In this document: positions 1 to 13,492 of the stretch, piece by piece
How the letters are laid out: the number at the start of each line of letters is the position of its first letter
Position numbering within the stretch: the first letter of the stretch is position 1
NCBI GenBank assembly: GCA_030704615.1
Contig: CM060733.1
Span: forward strand, 66,092,001 to 66,156,000
Reading direction: 5' to 3'
DNA: 64,000 nt
Source of the DNA: Takakia lepidozioides
Lineage: Eukaryota > Plantae > Bryophyta
Made by a program: the position numbers and the translations under genes
The notes under the pieces: generated by a model
The model's input: only the letters and a program-made list of their open reading frames with translations
What the model was told of the DNA's origin: nothing
Database searches by the model: none

Positions 1-189
1 GGCGCCAACCAACTTATGCCAGCAGCTAAGGGCACTAGGCCAGGCCAACTGTTCCTGCCAGCGGAGGGCTCCAGTCTCGAAAAATCTCGTCAGTCCACAA
101 AGTGGTGCTGGTGGATTTAGCTGTACGTCTGGAGGCAAGAGTGTTGCCCATTGTCGCATCACCGGGGTGACATTGTTGGCATCTGTAGC

Positions 190-2853
190 TGGACATGCAT
201 CCTTCATGCTCTCACATTTGGCATACATATCTGCAAGGGCAGCCTTCAGTCTGTCGAACACTCCCTTTCCATCATCGATGCACCCACATTTTACATACAT
301 GTCCACGAGGGTATTGTTCAGAATGACATTTGGTACAATTCCACCTCTGATAATGTCGCCATGGACCTCTTTACCCTTTACCAGAGCTGCCATGCTTGCA
401 CACGTACTGCAAATGCACATAAACGTGCTGTGGTTGGGTTTCTTCCCTTCCTCCATTATTTGATCATAGGTCTCCAAAGCGTCCATATGACGTCCCTGCT
501 GTGCATACCCTGCAAGCATCGCATTCCACGACATGCTATCTCATTCAGCTGTAGTGTTAAACATTCCCTTTGCCTCCTCGGTGCACCCACATTTTGCATA
601 TGTGATCGCCAAGGTATAGTTCAGAAGAACAGTTGGTACAAATCCAGCTCTGACGATGTCGCCATGGACATCTTTGCCCTGTTCCAGAGCTGCCAGGGCA
701 GAGTTCATAATGACATTTGGTATAACTCCAGCTTTGGTGATGTCAACATGCACATCTTTGCGTTTTTGCAGGGCTGCCAGGCTTGCACAAGCATTGCAAA
801 TGCACATAAATGTAATGTGGTTGGGCTCTACCCCTTTCTCCATCATTTGATCATAGATCTCCATGACAACAGTAACAACTCCAGCCTTGACATGGCCAAT
901 CAACCTGGCCTGCTGCTTCTGCTTTGGGGGCAGGGGTAATATCGCAATAAGATCTTTGCTTAGAAAGCCATAAAGTACATAATGAGAATCAGTGACAAAA
1001 GGTTGAGCCTCCAGGTGGAGCTGGTGAGCCATGGCATACATATCAGCAGGCTTGCCTTGCCAAAGGGTAGTGACATCAAACCAGGGTAGACAGCAGGCAT
1101 GGAGAGCAGCATGGGGGGCACATTGAGCAAAAGGGCAGGTGACTTCCCTGGATGGAGGTGACTTCCCTTCCTCAGATTCTACAGCGACGATGTTTGCAGC
1201 AATAGTTGTAGTTGTATGTACTCGAATGTTGGCCACTTGCACTCCACCTTTCACAAGAGCGCCCAGACGCGTGGTTGCCACCTGGGCCACCGTGGGATCA
1301 AGACCCTGACCCATTTCACACCTGGACTGATGGGTACTGATGCTGCCATTGGGATAGATGTTGACAAGAGCAAGTTGCTGCATGGCTTCCCACGATGCAA
1401 CAAACTTGACAGGGACGAGAGATATTCCTCGCTTCACCCACTGGTTTGAAGCATTAAAATCTTTGATTTCTCGAAGGCGACTTTCATAGCAGCTGGAATC
1501 TTTCACAGTTTCGAACACAATCTTTGCATTGCAGTGGTCCAAGTACTGCCCAGATGGAGTGGTGTCCCCTATCTTATACATGCTAGCTTCATGTATAGGG
1601 TCTGATCTCAACCGCGGCACTGGCGCAGCGTACTCAGTTGTGGCTGCTATGCTGGTAACTTGGGCAGTGCATGCTGGATTTCTCAGAGATTGTTGGCAGG
1701 GGTACTGCAATTGCCCCATAACACTGCATAACGAGAACAGAGTAGGGCGCAGCGGGAGGTGAGAAAGAACCTGTTTGTGCAGCAGAGGGGAGAGCGTAGG
1801 GCAGTCGTTGAGCATAGAAGGAAGCTGGGAGTCCAATTCAGCTTTGATGATGCTCGCATGGAGCTGCCTGCCCTGTCTCAGCTGTGCTAAGCCGGCAAAT
1901 GCAGTCAAGAGGCTAATAAACGTTGAGGGCTTGAATTTAGTTTGGATAATGTGAGAGTGCACATGCTTTCCAGCCTCAAGGCCTGGCATCTTGATGCACT
2001 TATGCAAGAGACAGCCATAAGTATGTGAATCTGCATAAAAGCCTCTTTTGCTCAGAATCTGTAGAGCCTCTTTCAGTTGCCCTGCCTCACATGGTGCCAT
2101 CACATGCCCAGAAGTGCCAGAGGTATGGCAGACTCCCTCTCTTGGTCCTCTTATGGGAGCTGTCTGGTTGATGCTAAGAGATTGTTGGCAAGGGTACTGC
2201 AGTTGCATCATAACGCTGCATACCTTGGTCCATTTGGTGGCCTTTGAATTCGCTGCGAGCAGGGTATAGCCAGGCGGGTGCATGACAGTTGGTACAATTC
2301 CAGATTTGACGATGTTGCCAAGGACGTCTTTGCCCTTTTCAAGGGCTGCCAGGCTCGCACACGCATTGCAAACGGAAACAAACGTGATGGGGTCGGGCTT
2401 CACCCCTTCCCGCATCATTTGCTCATAGGTCTCCAAAGCCACCATCCCGCGCCCTTGCTGTGCATTTCCTGCAATCATCACACTCCACGACATCACATCT
2501 CGTTCAGCCATACTGTCGAACACGCCCTTTGCATCCTCGATGCACCCACATTTTGCATACATGTCCACGGGGTATTGTTCAGAAGGACATTTGGTGCAAT
2601 TCCAGCTCTGACAATGTCGCCATGGGCCTCTGTCCTTTTCTAGAGCTGCCAGGCTTGCATATGCATTGCAAATGCACACAGACGGGCTGTGGTAGGGTTT
2701 CACCCCTTCCCCCATCATTTGATCATAGGTCGTCTTCAGGGATTCAGGCTGCTTGCACCCCTTGTGTTCAGAGGTTGTCTTTGCTAGTTTTCTGCTGATT
2801 AGCACCTCCTGATGGCTCTTGGCACAGAAAAGCGTGAGCTGCTGTCCCTTCAA
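190..2853 (-). pseudogene. PLS-class PPR gene fragments forming a chimeric ORF (PPR - XDH fragment - PPR)
   Basis: Repeated PPR motifs (VDMYAKCGCIEDAKGVFDSMAERDVMSWSVMIAGNAQQG, GVKPDPITFVSVCNACASLAALEKGK). Motifs are truncated and shuffled. PPR similarity continues in frame past the TGA at 541-543. Confidence 0.85.
1171..1612 (-). pseudogene. Xanthine dehydrogenase/aldehyde oxidase molybdopterin-domain fragment
   Basis: FNASNQWVKRGISLVPVKF...ALVNIYPNGSISTHQSRCEMGQGLDPTVAQV matches the XDH/AO pattern KRG-P-KF...ALV-IY-DGS...EMGQGL-TK-AQV. About 145 aa, in frame within ORF 541-2853. Confidence 0.85.
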
Positions 2854-2907
2854 TTATCACTGAAATGTCCCTCTCATGGGAAGCCCAAAAGTCAAATGGG
2901 GCTGGCT

Positions 2908-3901
2908 TCACATGAAATTCAACGGGCTGGGTGCATTGCCGAAGAGGCTCAACCTCCAGCCACTGCCCAACATTGGGTTGTGAAGTAGTAGCACCACACT
3001 TAGCTGATAGGTAGCTGTGTATGTAGAAAAGTGGGGGCAGGGCTCGTTGTAAACTCCAGCAGTGATATCTCCTTTGGGGTACACATAAACTGCTAATGAC
3101 TTCAATTGCGATGACACATTGAAGGAGTTGAGAACATGGTTATCAATGTACCTTTCCAATGTAGTGCCAGTAACTCTGGTGCCCTCAACCTCCACTAGGT
3201 CCCTCCAAGATCTTCTCCCACCATTTTTGTCTCTATCCCCACTTCCATCACGGACATCAGTAAATGCATAGGGACCAAGAAGCTTCTGCTGATAGGGCAG
3301 GTTGGAATATGTCTCTTGCAAGACATTGTCCCCTTCACTGACTTCCTGTAGAATAGCTCTTTTGTGTCTTGATCATTTTGCGGGAGGTTGGCAGCTCATA
3401 TCGCTCAACGGATACATCCCCGATAGCCCAAAACGACCTCGGGTCAACAAAAGACTCTTCTGGCCCCCTTCGAGCTTCGGCTAAGCCTCCAATCTCCCAA
3501 CCAGAGGGCCCAGAGACGGATGCCTTTTTCTTGCTTTTGTTCTTCTGAATTGCAAGCCTGTGCCCAGTGTGACGGGCAACTTTAGAGGAGAGCAAAGATC
3601 GTTCGCAGCCATTCCAAAGCAGACGGATAGGTTCTCCATACAGTTTTGGTTTGAAAACATCAAACAACTCTTTTGTGAAATCTGTAGTATCTGGCACGGG
3701 AAGGCGCATGAACTTCTTCTTATACTTAATCCGGCAGTCTCTCTCTAGTATCATCAGCTCTAGTAAAAATGAACAGCTTTCAGGTGCGGGATTCCTCAGT
3801 TTCGGTGCAAAGATATCGCGCATGACGTCCAATGCTGCATTCTCCATAGTGGGATATCCAATGAGCGCCATGTAGTCAGTAACGCTCCGTGAGTAAGGCA
3901 T
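2908..3901 (-). CDS. Two adjacent unknown ORFs (188 aa and 137 aa), possibly one disrupted gene
   Basis: ORFs 3335-3901 and 2908-3321 have protein-like composition; no family recognised. Confidence 0.25.
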
Positions 3902-3993
3902 CGTCCTTCCGCCGTACTGAGTGCAAGCGTGTTGTGAGGGCAGTTAGAGACCTCCCGGGATTAGCACTGCCCTTCGGAAGCTTGTGTATGGAA

Positions 3994-4180
3994 TACTATT
4001 TGGACGGTGACGGGCACGGTGTCTCGGTGTCCGTCACCGTGGACGGTGGCGGCTCACGACGTCCGTCGTCGTGGACGGTGACGACCCACGGAGGCCGTCA
4101 CCATTAACGGCGACGGACTCCGTGAGCCGTCTCCGCCACGGTGGCGGCCTCCGTGAATGTGGCACAACTACCAAGTAGTG
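3994..4180. mobile_element. Possible CACTA-like terminus or mini-element with GACGG/CCGTC subterminal repeats
   Basis: Dense GACGG/CCGTC motifs in both orientations. Ends in ccaagtagtg (reverse complement CACTACTTGG); the left edge tactatttgg is an 8/10 inverted match. No matching 3-bp TSD. Confidence 0.35.
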
Positions 4181-5123
4181 CCAAAAATGATTTACATGTA
4201 ACTTATAGATTTTAAAGCATCCTGCCCAGGTACATGAGAATTTCTGCCCAGAGGGAACATGAGGAAAAGAAAACGGTTGTATTTGCAAACGTGCATCGGG
4301 GTGCAGATGCAGAGCGCGCAGACTCTTGCATTCCCTGTGAATCGACACCGACTAGGAATCTGCGGGTAGATGTTCTTCATACTAGCTCTCTGTTTCCAAG
4401 ACCGCACACCAATCACCAGTCTGGGAAACAGAGCGTTAATCTGAAGAACATTGCTTCATGCGTGAAAGTTCCGAGGTGGAGAGGTCATGCTGCCAAGCTC
4501 GGGCAGAACCTCATCAAGCACAGGAGGGAAGAAGAGGTCGATGAGCACCTGATGGACATATAGTGTACACGGCCCTTTAAGCGAGTGACATGGACAGCCA
4601 AAGAATTGCTCCACACCCTTGTAAATAGCCCCTCAACGAGCTCAGTATGTCTCGTGCACCATTTATTTTCCTTGGAAGTGGTGTGCTTTGATTTGAGGTT
4701 TTCTTTGACATTTTGGAGCAGAATCATGATAATCAGGCAAGAGGATGATATAGAATCAACACATAGAGAAAATGCTACAAGGTATTGGACTTCAATGGAC
4801 TGTCCCCCCAGGCTTGCAGGTTCTGAGTTCTCAATCCAATTTGACTGCTTTGTGTTGTTTGGCTCTGACAAGGAGTCATGGTTAAGTGAGCCAGGCAGAA
4901 GTATATGTGGCTGGTTTACCCTGCAATCACCTTTAGACCCTTCAACTCTAACTCAAAGTCTACATTATCAAGAGCCTTGAGTAATCAGCCTTTATCTCAA
5001 CTCGACATTGACAGTACACCAAGCATATTCCGAATTGAGCTAGGGTTGTTGATTTATGACTAGTCTGTGTTTCTGGTAGAGTTGGCAGTACAGCCAGGAT
5101 TGGATTCTGATGTGGGTGTGCAG

Positions 5124-6775
5124 GCTTGAAGTAGATATTTGTGCTGTTAGCTAAACCTTGTAAGATTCTGTAGAACCCAGAGGTGTGGGCACACGAGGAG
5201 ATTCACGTCATGGATACTAGCCTGAGTGGAGAAACACGGGCCTTACTCTTTGCTAGAAGCCATCTCTACACTGCCCATATGGATGGTTCTATCAAGGTGG
5301 CTGCTTTGTCCCTATCAATCATAGCTCTTGACTTTTTCAGAACCAAACATAAATAAAAATTGAGGTGTACTTTTAGCAGTTCTCTCCATATATCTCATTG
5401 CTCTCTTGCTTCCTCTCTCTTTGAGCTTTCTGTGGACGTTAGAAAGGACCATTTCATTTCTTATGTCTAGAAGAATGTTGCTGACTACCTGTGACCACTC
5501 GCTGATTCATTTAGAATAGTGCAAAGTACACAGTTTTACAATTTGGCATGTCACTGTAGACGCGAGGTTTTGGGAGTCACCTTCCTCATTAAGGCTCGGT
5601 GTCTAAGCTCACTGATTGTAGCTTTACTGGCATTTGTGTGGCCAATGGCATCAAGAAGGATTACTTGCAGTTAGCGCTGTGTGTTGCATTTGCACCTTAT
5701 CGAGACTATGGAGACCATGCCCAAGATGACGCTGATACCTGCGACTTCACAAGCAGCTTCGAGGATCGAGAAAGTGTCTTCGTCAGAGCTGTTACAAGAG
5801 TGCAGACAGGTGGTCGATTCATCCATAGCATACCATTTCCGTTTTCCCTCATTTTGCAACTAACTTTTCTATGGTCTCGTCAGAAGGTCCTACATTTCAA
5901 GTGAAGGCATAGCTCGTGATCTCGATCTGCTACAATTTGATCCATGTGCATTACTTCGCAGTACTTGCAAATATTTGGCTAATGTCTTGATTCCGTGCCA
6001 CCAGATTTGTGTTATGATTATGGCCTGTTTGCTTTAGTTCTGGTTGAAAATGAAGAGTTGAAGGGCGACTGCAGGTGGGGTCATCAGCAACAAAGGTTAA
6101 GACTAATTGGTTGGCTCTCTTCTGTAGAAGAGAGACTATGTATCATGTTGAAGTTAATGGAGAAAATGTGGTCAAAGAATCTTACACAGTGTCAAGGCTC
6201 ATATGGGTGTGTTGTACTGAGTCATGCCCCTTGGTGTCACCACCCCTTATGTTTTGCCAAAGCAAGAGAGCCCATTGCATTTGAGGCTAGTTTTATCTGA
6301 ATACTTTGGGCTTTGCCATCTTTAGGTGGCATCTACTTCCACTGGTGAAATGGGTTAGACTTGGTTTCAAGCTCATTGGTAGTTTATGGCGCAAGGTCCT
6401 AGGCCTCAAAATGAATGAAGTACAATTGTTCTTAACAAGGGTGACATGTCAGGTGTGGGATGTGAGGAGGCGGGTACCACAGCTTGTCAAGGAAGTGAAG
6501 CCCCACCTGAAGCCTGTCTTGTGCTTGGCCTTGCGGCAATCAGCCACTCAACTGTTCCGTGGGTCTGCTGACAAGACGATTCGAGTACCGCTCCGACCCG
6601 AACCATCTTTCCCAGTTTCCTTTTGTTTGATTGTGTAGTGACCTCAAAAGACAACAAAGTTCCTTGTTAAGTTCTCTTTCTATTTGTTTGTTAACGTGTG
6701 GATGTGAAGGAGCCAGTGGTAGCACTCACAGTGAACAGTTGTTACACTTGTGTTCTTCCCCAGGGTGTGTAAAGG
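5124..6775 (+). pseudogene. LIN/CERBERUS-like (U-box/WD40 E3 ligase) WD40 exon relics
   Basis: Exon about 5183-5296 VWAHEEIHVMDTSLSGETRALLFARSHLYTAHMDGSIK|gt. Exon about 6453-6584 VWDVRRRVPQLVKEVKPHLKPVLCLAL...SADKTIR|gt. Degenerate exon about 6700-6775 DVKEPVVALTVN. These resemble consecutive LIN WD40 exons; stops and frameshifts present. Confidence 0.6.
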
Positions 6776-7362
6776 TGCGTGACTACTCAAGCTTGGAACT
6801 ATGTGGTTTGGAGGAACATTGACTTACATTGACTAGGGATTGTTTAAATGGATGCACCTGTATCTCCGCTTTAAGATGATTTTTTTTCTTTGTTTAGATG
6901 TTTCAAGTTGGAGGGTAGCAATTTTGCACATATATTCTCAGTTCAATTAAAAAAATGAACTTTCATTCAAGCGAGGTTTACCTACCCGACGTGAATGCCA
7001 TTGGCCTAAGTAGTAGCCCTTATCCCAGGAACATGTCTTTACCGACAGATGTGGTCAAGAGTAAGTGAACTTATTTGGAGGACTGTCTTTCATATGAATC
7101 GTGTGTTTGGCTTTACTTGTAGATGTCCATAATAGCTACTGTGACTGACTGAAGTCAATGGACTTGGTTGGGGGGAAGCAGCTGCTGGATGAGGCAGCTG
7201 GAACCAGCAAGGTGCTGAATAGCAACAAGCACGTGCAGAGCATAATCTTTTTTGATGATACAATCTACTGTGGCTGCACTGACATGGCATCCAGGTTCTG
7301 CCCCTTTGTCCTCCTGTGGATGGAATGAATTCTTTTCTCTCTCTCTCTCTCTCTCTCTCACA

Positions 7363-7440
7363 GTCACTGAAGGTCAGGCAGGCTTCCAGAGAAATAGGGG
7401 TTGTATCGACCATATCTTCATCCTAAGCCAGACTATTCTG
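7363..7440 (+). mobile_element. LINE RT fragment abutting a (CT)n tract
   Basis: EGQAGFQRNRGCIDHIFIL is the non-LTR RT domain-2 motif and starts directly after (ct)n at 7336-7359. Confidence 0.75.
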
Positions 7441-9477
7441 GGAGGGAATAAAGATGGCTCATTGTCAAGGCTTTCTTGATTCTGCAGGATGGTTCCTGCA
7501 ATGGATTGCAACACTATGGAGCACTAGGGCGTGATAGAGTCAGATTCTTCACCTTTTTGGTCTCAATGAATTTCAATTGTGCTAGTCTCAAGCTTCCCAA
7601 GTGCTTTGGGAGTGGGAGTGGCAGCAGCAGCAAGGGCAGACAAGAGTGACCTACTCCTCAAGTCTGCACTCAACTTAAATGTGGCGAGTTGATTCCGTGG
7701 CTATTATGATTGCTGGAACATTCCATGCGAGTGGCAGTGGGAGTACTTCCTGTCCACAGGACGCGATCGGAGTTGGGGCTCAGCAAGCTCTCAGAAAATT
7801 GGGGTGCACTGTCCACTATAAGCCCCTGCAGTGTACTTTTTTATGTTTTTTTATGCTGTTTATCCTTTCAATAATCAGAAAGACCTGTCATAACCCACAC
7901 ATTTTCACAACCTAGAAAAAACCAATCAGGGGCGGGGAGGAGTTTCGGAGTCACTATAGCGAGCAACCTCGAGGTCTTCAGATGGTACTCAAATGAGTAT
8001 CAGGGATTTTCATTTGTGCGATGAAAAACCATTTCTATGATGTAACATCCCCTCTATACATAAGCGTAGCCCAGCAATTTTGCAACGGATTGAAATTTCT
8101 GGACTGAGTTCAGAACTAACAACTGAACAAAGTAGCCTAGTGTGTGACAGGAAGGGTGATGGGAGTGCTTCCTGTCCACAATGCCCTTCAAGGCAGTTGT
8201 GTGGGCAGCACTGCAGAGGCATGTGATTGATGCTAGCACTTACCTGGTATGGCTGTGTCTGGTGGGGTCTGTTTAGGTGTCAGTGGGATTGTAGTATTGT
8301 ATGTTTGCTTTTGCATTTACGGGGCCAAATGAATTAGAGAGGGGAGGGGGTGAGATGCTTGGTGGCAGTTCTGCTAGGTTAGAGGCTTGGCGGGTTTGGG
8401 GTGTGATGGTTCCTGGCCCGCATATGAGGTAACATATGTTGTAAGGATGTTGTGGTCTGCAGAGCAGATGTGGCATTGCAATGGCACATAACGCTGACAA
8501 GTGGCTGCGGAAAGAGGATTTACATTTATGTTTCAAATTAGGTGCAAACTTCTTTGCAACCTCTTCCCATAGGCTATCTGCATTCAGCGATCTGTATTGC
8601 TACTCAGTTCATCCACCATTTCCTGAGATATTGACCATGATAACCTGTTGAGGGCTTTTCCTGTGGCATGTCCATGTGAAATGATAGTGGGGTCTATCAA
8701 GCATAGATGGGAAGTGAGCCCACAATTGCTCTTGACTGGAGCAGGTAATGAGTGAAGGGGGGATTTTGACTGACCCTGGTGATAGAGGAAGGAAATCAGA
8801 ATGGTGTCCTAATTCTGGTGTGGGTGGGTGGTGGATCTGACCTCGTACCGACATAGGCTCCAGATGGCCTTACCTCTCAAGCTACGTCCCACCGCAGCCA
8901 TACGGTACTTACCCACTTGGTCAGGAGCACGGACCAGCGGAGGGAGCGAGGACGAGTGCAATGCCCCGGACGAAAGCGAGAACGAGTGTTTTCCTCTTCC
9001 CCATGAGCTCGCCTAGAGTAACCCTGGGAATCCCGAGGCTGAGTCTAGTCATAGCGGGTCCACAGAGAAAAGGCAAGCAAAGTGTCCATGATGACATGGA
9101 CGTGATTCAATTAATTGGACAGATGCAATTAATTAATGAATACATGCAATATACATTGCTATAGTTTCATGATAGAAATGATTGCTAACTAGTGTTGCAA
9201 CATATATTGTATATTGCAGCCACGACTTGATGTCCAGGCCCGCAATCATATTGCATTGGAGGCATTTGAGAGCGGACTCCTATCGACATTCGATGTCCAT
9301 CCGGTGCCGGATGAGACCAGCTTCTTTCCCTAGGATGAAATAGATAGGATCCGTGAGACAGTACAAAATGAGAAATACAGCATAGACACATAGCTTCGCA
9401 GTACCCCCCAATGGTGGAACACGGTAGTTGCAAATTATGCATTTTATATATTTGGCAAGTATGAGCACAAGAATGCA

Positions 9478-11541
9478 TCATTGTTCGTACAAGCATCTGC
9501 GGACAGACCCAGTAGAGCGGCTTCCTTTGCCATCGTCCACAACAGAGAGAGTCGGCTCACCAAAAGGATGGGTGATGCCCTCCAGTATTTGTGATTGCAG
9601 GCCCAATATTCTAGCTTGCAACATGGCAAGGAGATGTTGTTGGAGACGCAAATTCCCCGCTGTCACTTGTAATATGTCATGTATCTCAGATTGGATACAT
9701 ACAGCCAAAATGTTCGATGACGGGCTTTGCGCAGCGGTACATTGCGTGCAGAGATAGTGTCGCAGTAGGCCCATTTGGACTTAGGTTTATGAATGGTGTA
9801 CATGGTGTTGGGGCGACGTGGACATTTCACAACAGCAGCACCACCTTTTGTTTTGGGCAATTCTACATTTGCATCTGGGATGTCGCGAGCAGCCAATATG
9901 GAGCTACATACAAATCCCTCCTGACGCTTATTACGAATGAAGCCATATGTCTTCAACTGTGTCATGTACCAGTAATGAGTGAGAACATCCCCAACAAGCT
10001 CTAAGATTAGCTAGTCAACACGGCGGCTGGTGAGGACGCTCTTTGTGGTCTGAAGTTGGGCTTTCAGATTGCCATGATATGCCTCAACTGCTGCGTTTGT
10101 GTCTTGAGATGCATGTGGTATTTTTCGGAACCCATGATCCACATGTCTGCTTTTGGTAGCCAATAAGTCTCTCGTAATGCATAAATTCTTCCAAGGTGGG
10201 ATACTTTTCCCGGAGGCCAATGACCTTGTACACAGCCCATGCAACGGCAGCGTCACCGGAAACCCCTTGGAATCATACATAATTTCTCCCAAGTCATGTA
10301 AAATGTTGGCGCGTTTGGCAGGGTCTTTTATCTTGGACACATAATTTTTCAACCATGCTCTTCGGACATGCCATAAGCACAAAAAGATGGCACAGTCTCC
10401 CCAAACAGACCTGATTAATATAGTCAGCATCATGAACCAATACATGCACATATTGAAAAAAGATTTACATGAAGTATAGACCACACAAATCATGGATGCT
10501 CCATAATAGTTCATGTCCAATTAATCCACAACTATTTTGTACATGTTATTTTACATTCCACTCCAAAGTAGACCCAGACCTGATGGTGTTTATCTCAACA
10601 TTTGCATCGTAATGAACGCGTTCGGACGCCAAAGCGGCCGCTCATTGGTCATTCACTGGTTCAAGGCGCGTTGCAGATCAGTTGTCTTACTCCTTGCAGT
10701 GATAACATATGCCACTGGAATTCCATTCAGCCACTGATCGAAGACCATCATGGTGTATAATGGATACTGTAACAACAGGGGAGCAATTGTCAGTTCAGAT
10801 ACGATAGGGCTAGGCAAATCATCATATCATGGATCCATGTATTTCTTGGAACGTAAGTTTGAATCCAAAGTCCGGCAGCATGAGCGGCTGAAATTAGATA
10901 CCGGGGTACAAGATAACACTGTTTTACTATGAATCGGCATGTACAACCTCCTTTGTTCCTTGTTATTCTTCTTTGTTTTGGTTTCGGTTCGGCTGTTGCA
11001 GACGTAGACGCAACTGACATCTTTTGTTGTGGTTTTTTTGGAGGAGGTCGCTTCCATTTTTGGGCCGCCATATTTTTTCTGATCTGCAAAACGACCATGG
11101 TATGGTCTGTTGGACCGTAAGAGCAATGGTACTTGAAACAGAAACAAGCATAGCATTAGAGAAACGACAGAGGTTCAGGGACATGCATTGTTGACCTGCA
11201 CGAACCATTGCAGAAATACATGAAAGGACTGTACATAATCACCTTGTCATTTGCAAGCAGCCGTTGATCCATGGAGCCTGCAGGGCTCCTTCATGGGTGA
11301 CAGATTGTCGTTGTTTGGTGAACTTACAAGGGCCATCTGGGCGAGCCGACTCTCCTGCAATGAAGTCATCAACCCGACATGGAACGAACGAGACATCGGC
11401 CGTCCTACAATCTCCGTGCCATTGGGACCTCCACGTCAATACATGGTGTGTGGACATGCCTGGGGAAGGGGTCTGCACCGCGGTTCGCAGTTCTGCGACC
11501 AGGCGAGGAACAACAACATCTAACCATGGGTCGGTGGCCAT
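9478..11541 (-). mobile_element. Decayed Mutator-like transposase with SWIM finger (At4g13970/At1g60560-like family)
   Basis: VSFVPCRVDDFIAGES, YHCSYGPTDH, GCTCRFIVKQ, YPLYTMMVFDQWLNGIPVAYVIT, IFLCLWHVRRAWLKN, QDTNAAVEAYHGNLK...RRVD. Introns, frameshifts and stops present. Confidence 0.8.
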
Positions 11542-13492
11542 GCTTGCAGTACACGAGGATGCAGTGGTTCGAAATGAAAGTAGGACACACATATTTGGAA
11601 GCATAATGCCATACAAGACGGTAAGATGCGAGATTCCAAATCTTCACCTCAATGTACAGATGCCAGAACAACCACAACCTTCTTGCATTTTCAATTTTGA
11701 AATTTGAATTTCAAATACCTTCCACAAATGAGGCATGTATTCTGTGCAGTTCATGTGTGGGTTGGACACGGATGGGGTAGATGCATGGGTATGAGCATGC
11801 ATGCATGCATGTAGACGGCATGGGGATGGCCGATCATGTAATCCGGGTATTCATGTATTGATCCGCGGTCTGCGGAGGATGGATCGCCCAGGGGAGGCCC
11901 TTTTTTTCTTCCTCTTTGTAATCCTTGGGCCTTTGTCCCGCTGATATAAAAACTCAGGGCTTCCTTCCCTTTCCCTTACCCCAAAAAAAAAAAAAAACTC
12001 AGCTGCTGTTGACGCGCGACGCACATCTAGGCCTTTCTGGCCTCCGCTCCGTCCATGTGTCCAACCGGCACTGTAACTACCCACCATCCATGCATTCATC
12101 CATCCATTTTTCACAATTACCGATTAATGTCAGTACAGTAAACAAGATATGAAGATGAATGACAAGACCTACGATTTCCATCCAAGTTAAAGTGGGGCCC
12201 ACAAAGCGAGCCGTTTGGAGAAGAGAGAGAGGGACGGGCGTCGACCAAACGACTGAAAGAGCGCCACGTGTTTGGCATGGCCTCGACTTCCACCTCGGCT
12301 GGCTACCGCTGCTACGTGCGTATGTGCGTGCGCGTGTTGTGTAGTTGTTGCCGTCGCTCTCGCGGGGAGAGTCATCTTTTGAGCTCAGGGAGTTCGACAG
12401 GTGCCGATTTGCTTTGGCTTGGTTTTTGTGGCTGACTTGTGCTGCCCAGTCGCTCTAATATTCAGCTGTCTCTCTACGCGTACGCATTGCGGTTGAACTC
12501 AGAAGGCTTCTGTTCGCCATCGATCTCAAGGCTCTGCTCGCCGCTCCTTTCACTACTGTGCATCCCTCCGATTCGTTGCGACATGTTTCCAGCGCGCTCT
12601 GCGTGCATTCTACTTCCTCCCTCTTCGCAGCCATCTAAGCTCCGAAAATCAGTTTGTTTTTTTTCCGCTGGTCCGTAACTGCGTGAATGCCACGGTGGAT
12701 GGTTGTCATTGGAACTTCGAGGAGAATCCATCATTGGTATAAGATAGTAGAGAGGAAACTGGGCGGAATCTGAGACCCAGCCATGAGGGAGAATGTGTGA
12801 GGTCCTTTGCCTTGCGAGCAACCGTCGTCGAATATGTACTGATGTATCGCGTGACACACATGTACATGCATTCCCACGGTGAAATCAAGAGTACCGACAG
12901 AAGTTGTATAACATTGGGAGACGGTGACACTCGTCGTGCTGCTCCGGCTCAGATAAGCGTCATGGAGGACAGTCGCAGAGGAGAAACACCTGAAGGCGCT
13001 ATCTAATGCGCTTGTCATCATCGATATTCTCTCTCTCTCTCTCTCACTCCTGCGGTTTCTCAGCCTATCATTTACACTCTCTTTTGCCCGTCCACATTCC
13101 CCGCATTCCTTCCACTTCGCAGGAATTCATCAAACTGCAAAATTTCGTGAGAGGAGATTGATTCTTTTATACTCACTGAAAGAGAACTTGGACCGTGCCG
13201 TGACATTATCTGAGTTTTCAACAGGCTTGAACCTGGCGACTTATAGCCTTCCTCAATTCATCGGCAGAGTACTTTCACCAGAGTGTCAAAGTTCGCTGAA
13301 GGCTTGGTTCGAGCCTCGAGAAGTCTGTTAAACTCTCGAATCAGCAAATTATTCTTCACCTTGGAAGCTCCCGTTCTCCCCGGTGGAGGGCAGATGATGC
13401 AGCAATCTAGCGATATTGGGAAATAACATCCCTGGGCATCGACAGGGAAGGAGGCATCCTAGAACTACCAATTCCGAAGGGCGTAATCAAAG

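Noticed and set aside
151-939. Plus-strand ORFs over PPR, LINE, MULE and gypsy regions (e.g. 151-939, 30577-31377)
   Set aside because: Antisense shadows of recognisable minus-strand coding sequence.
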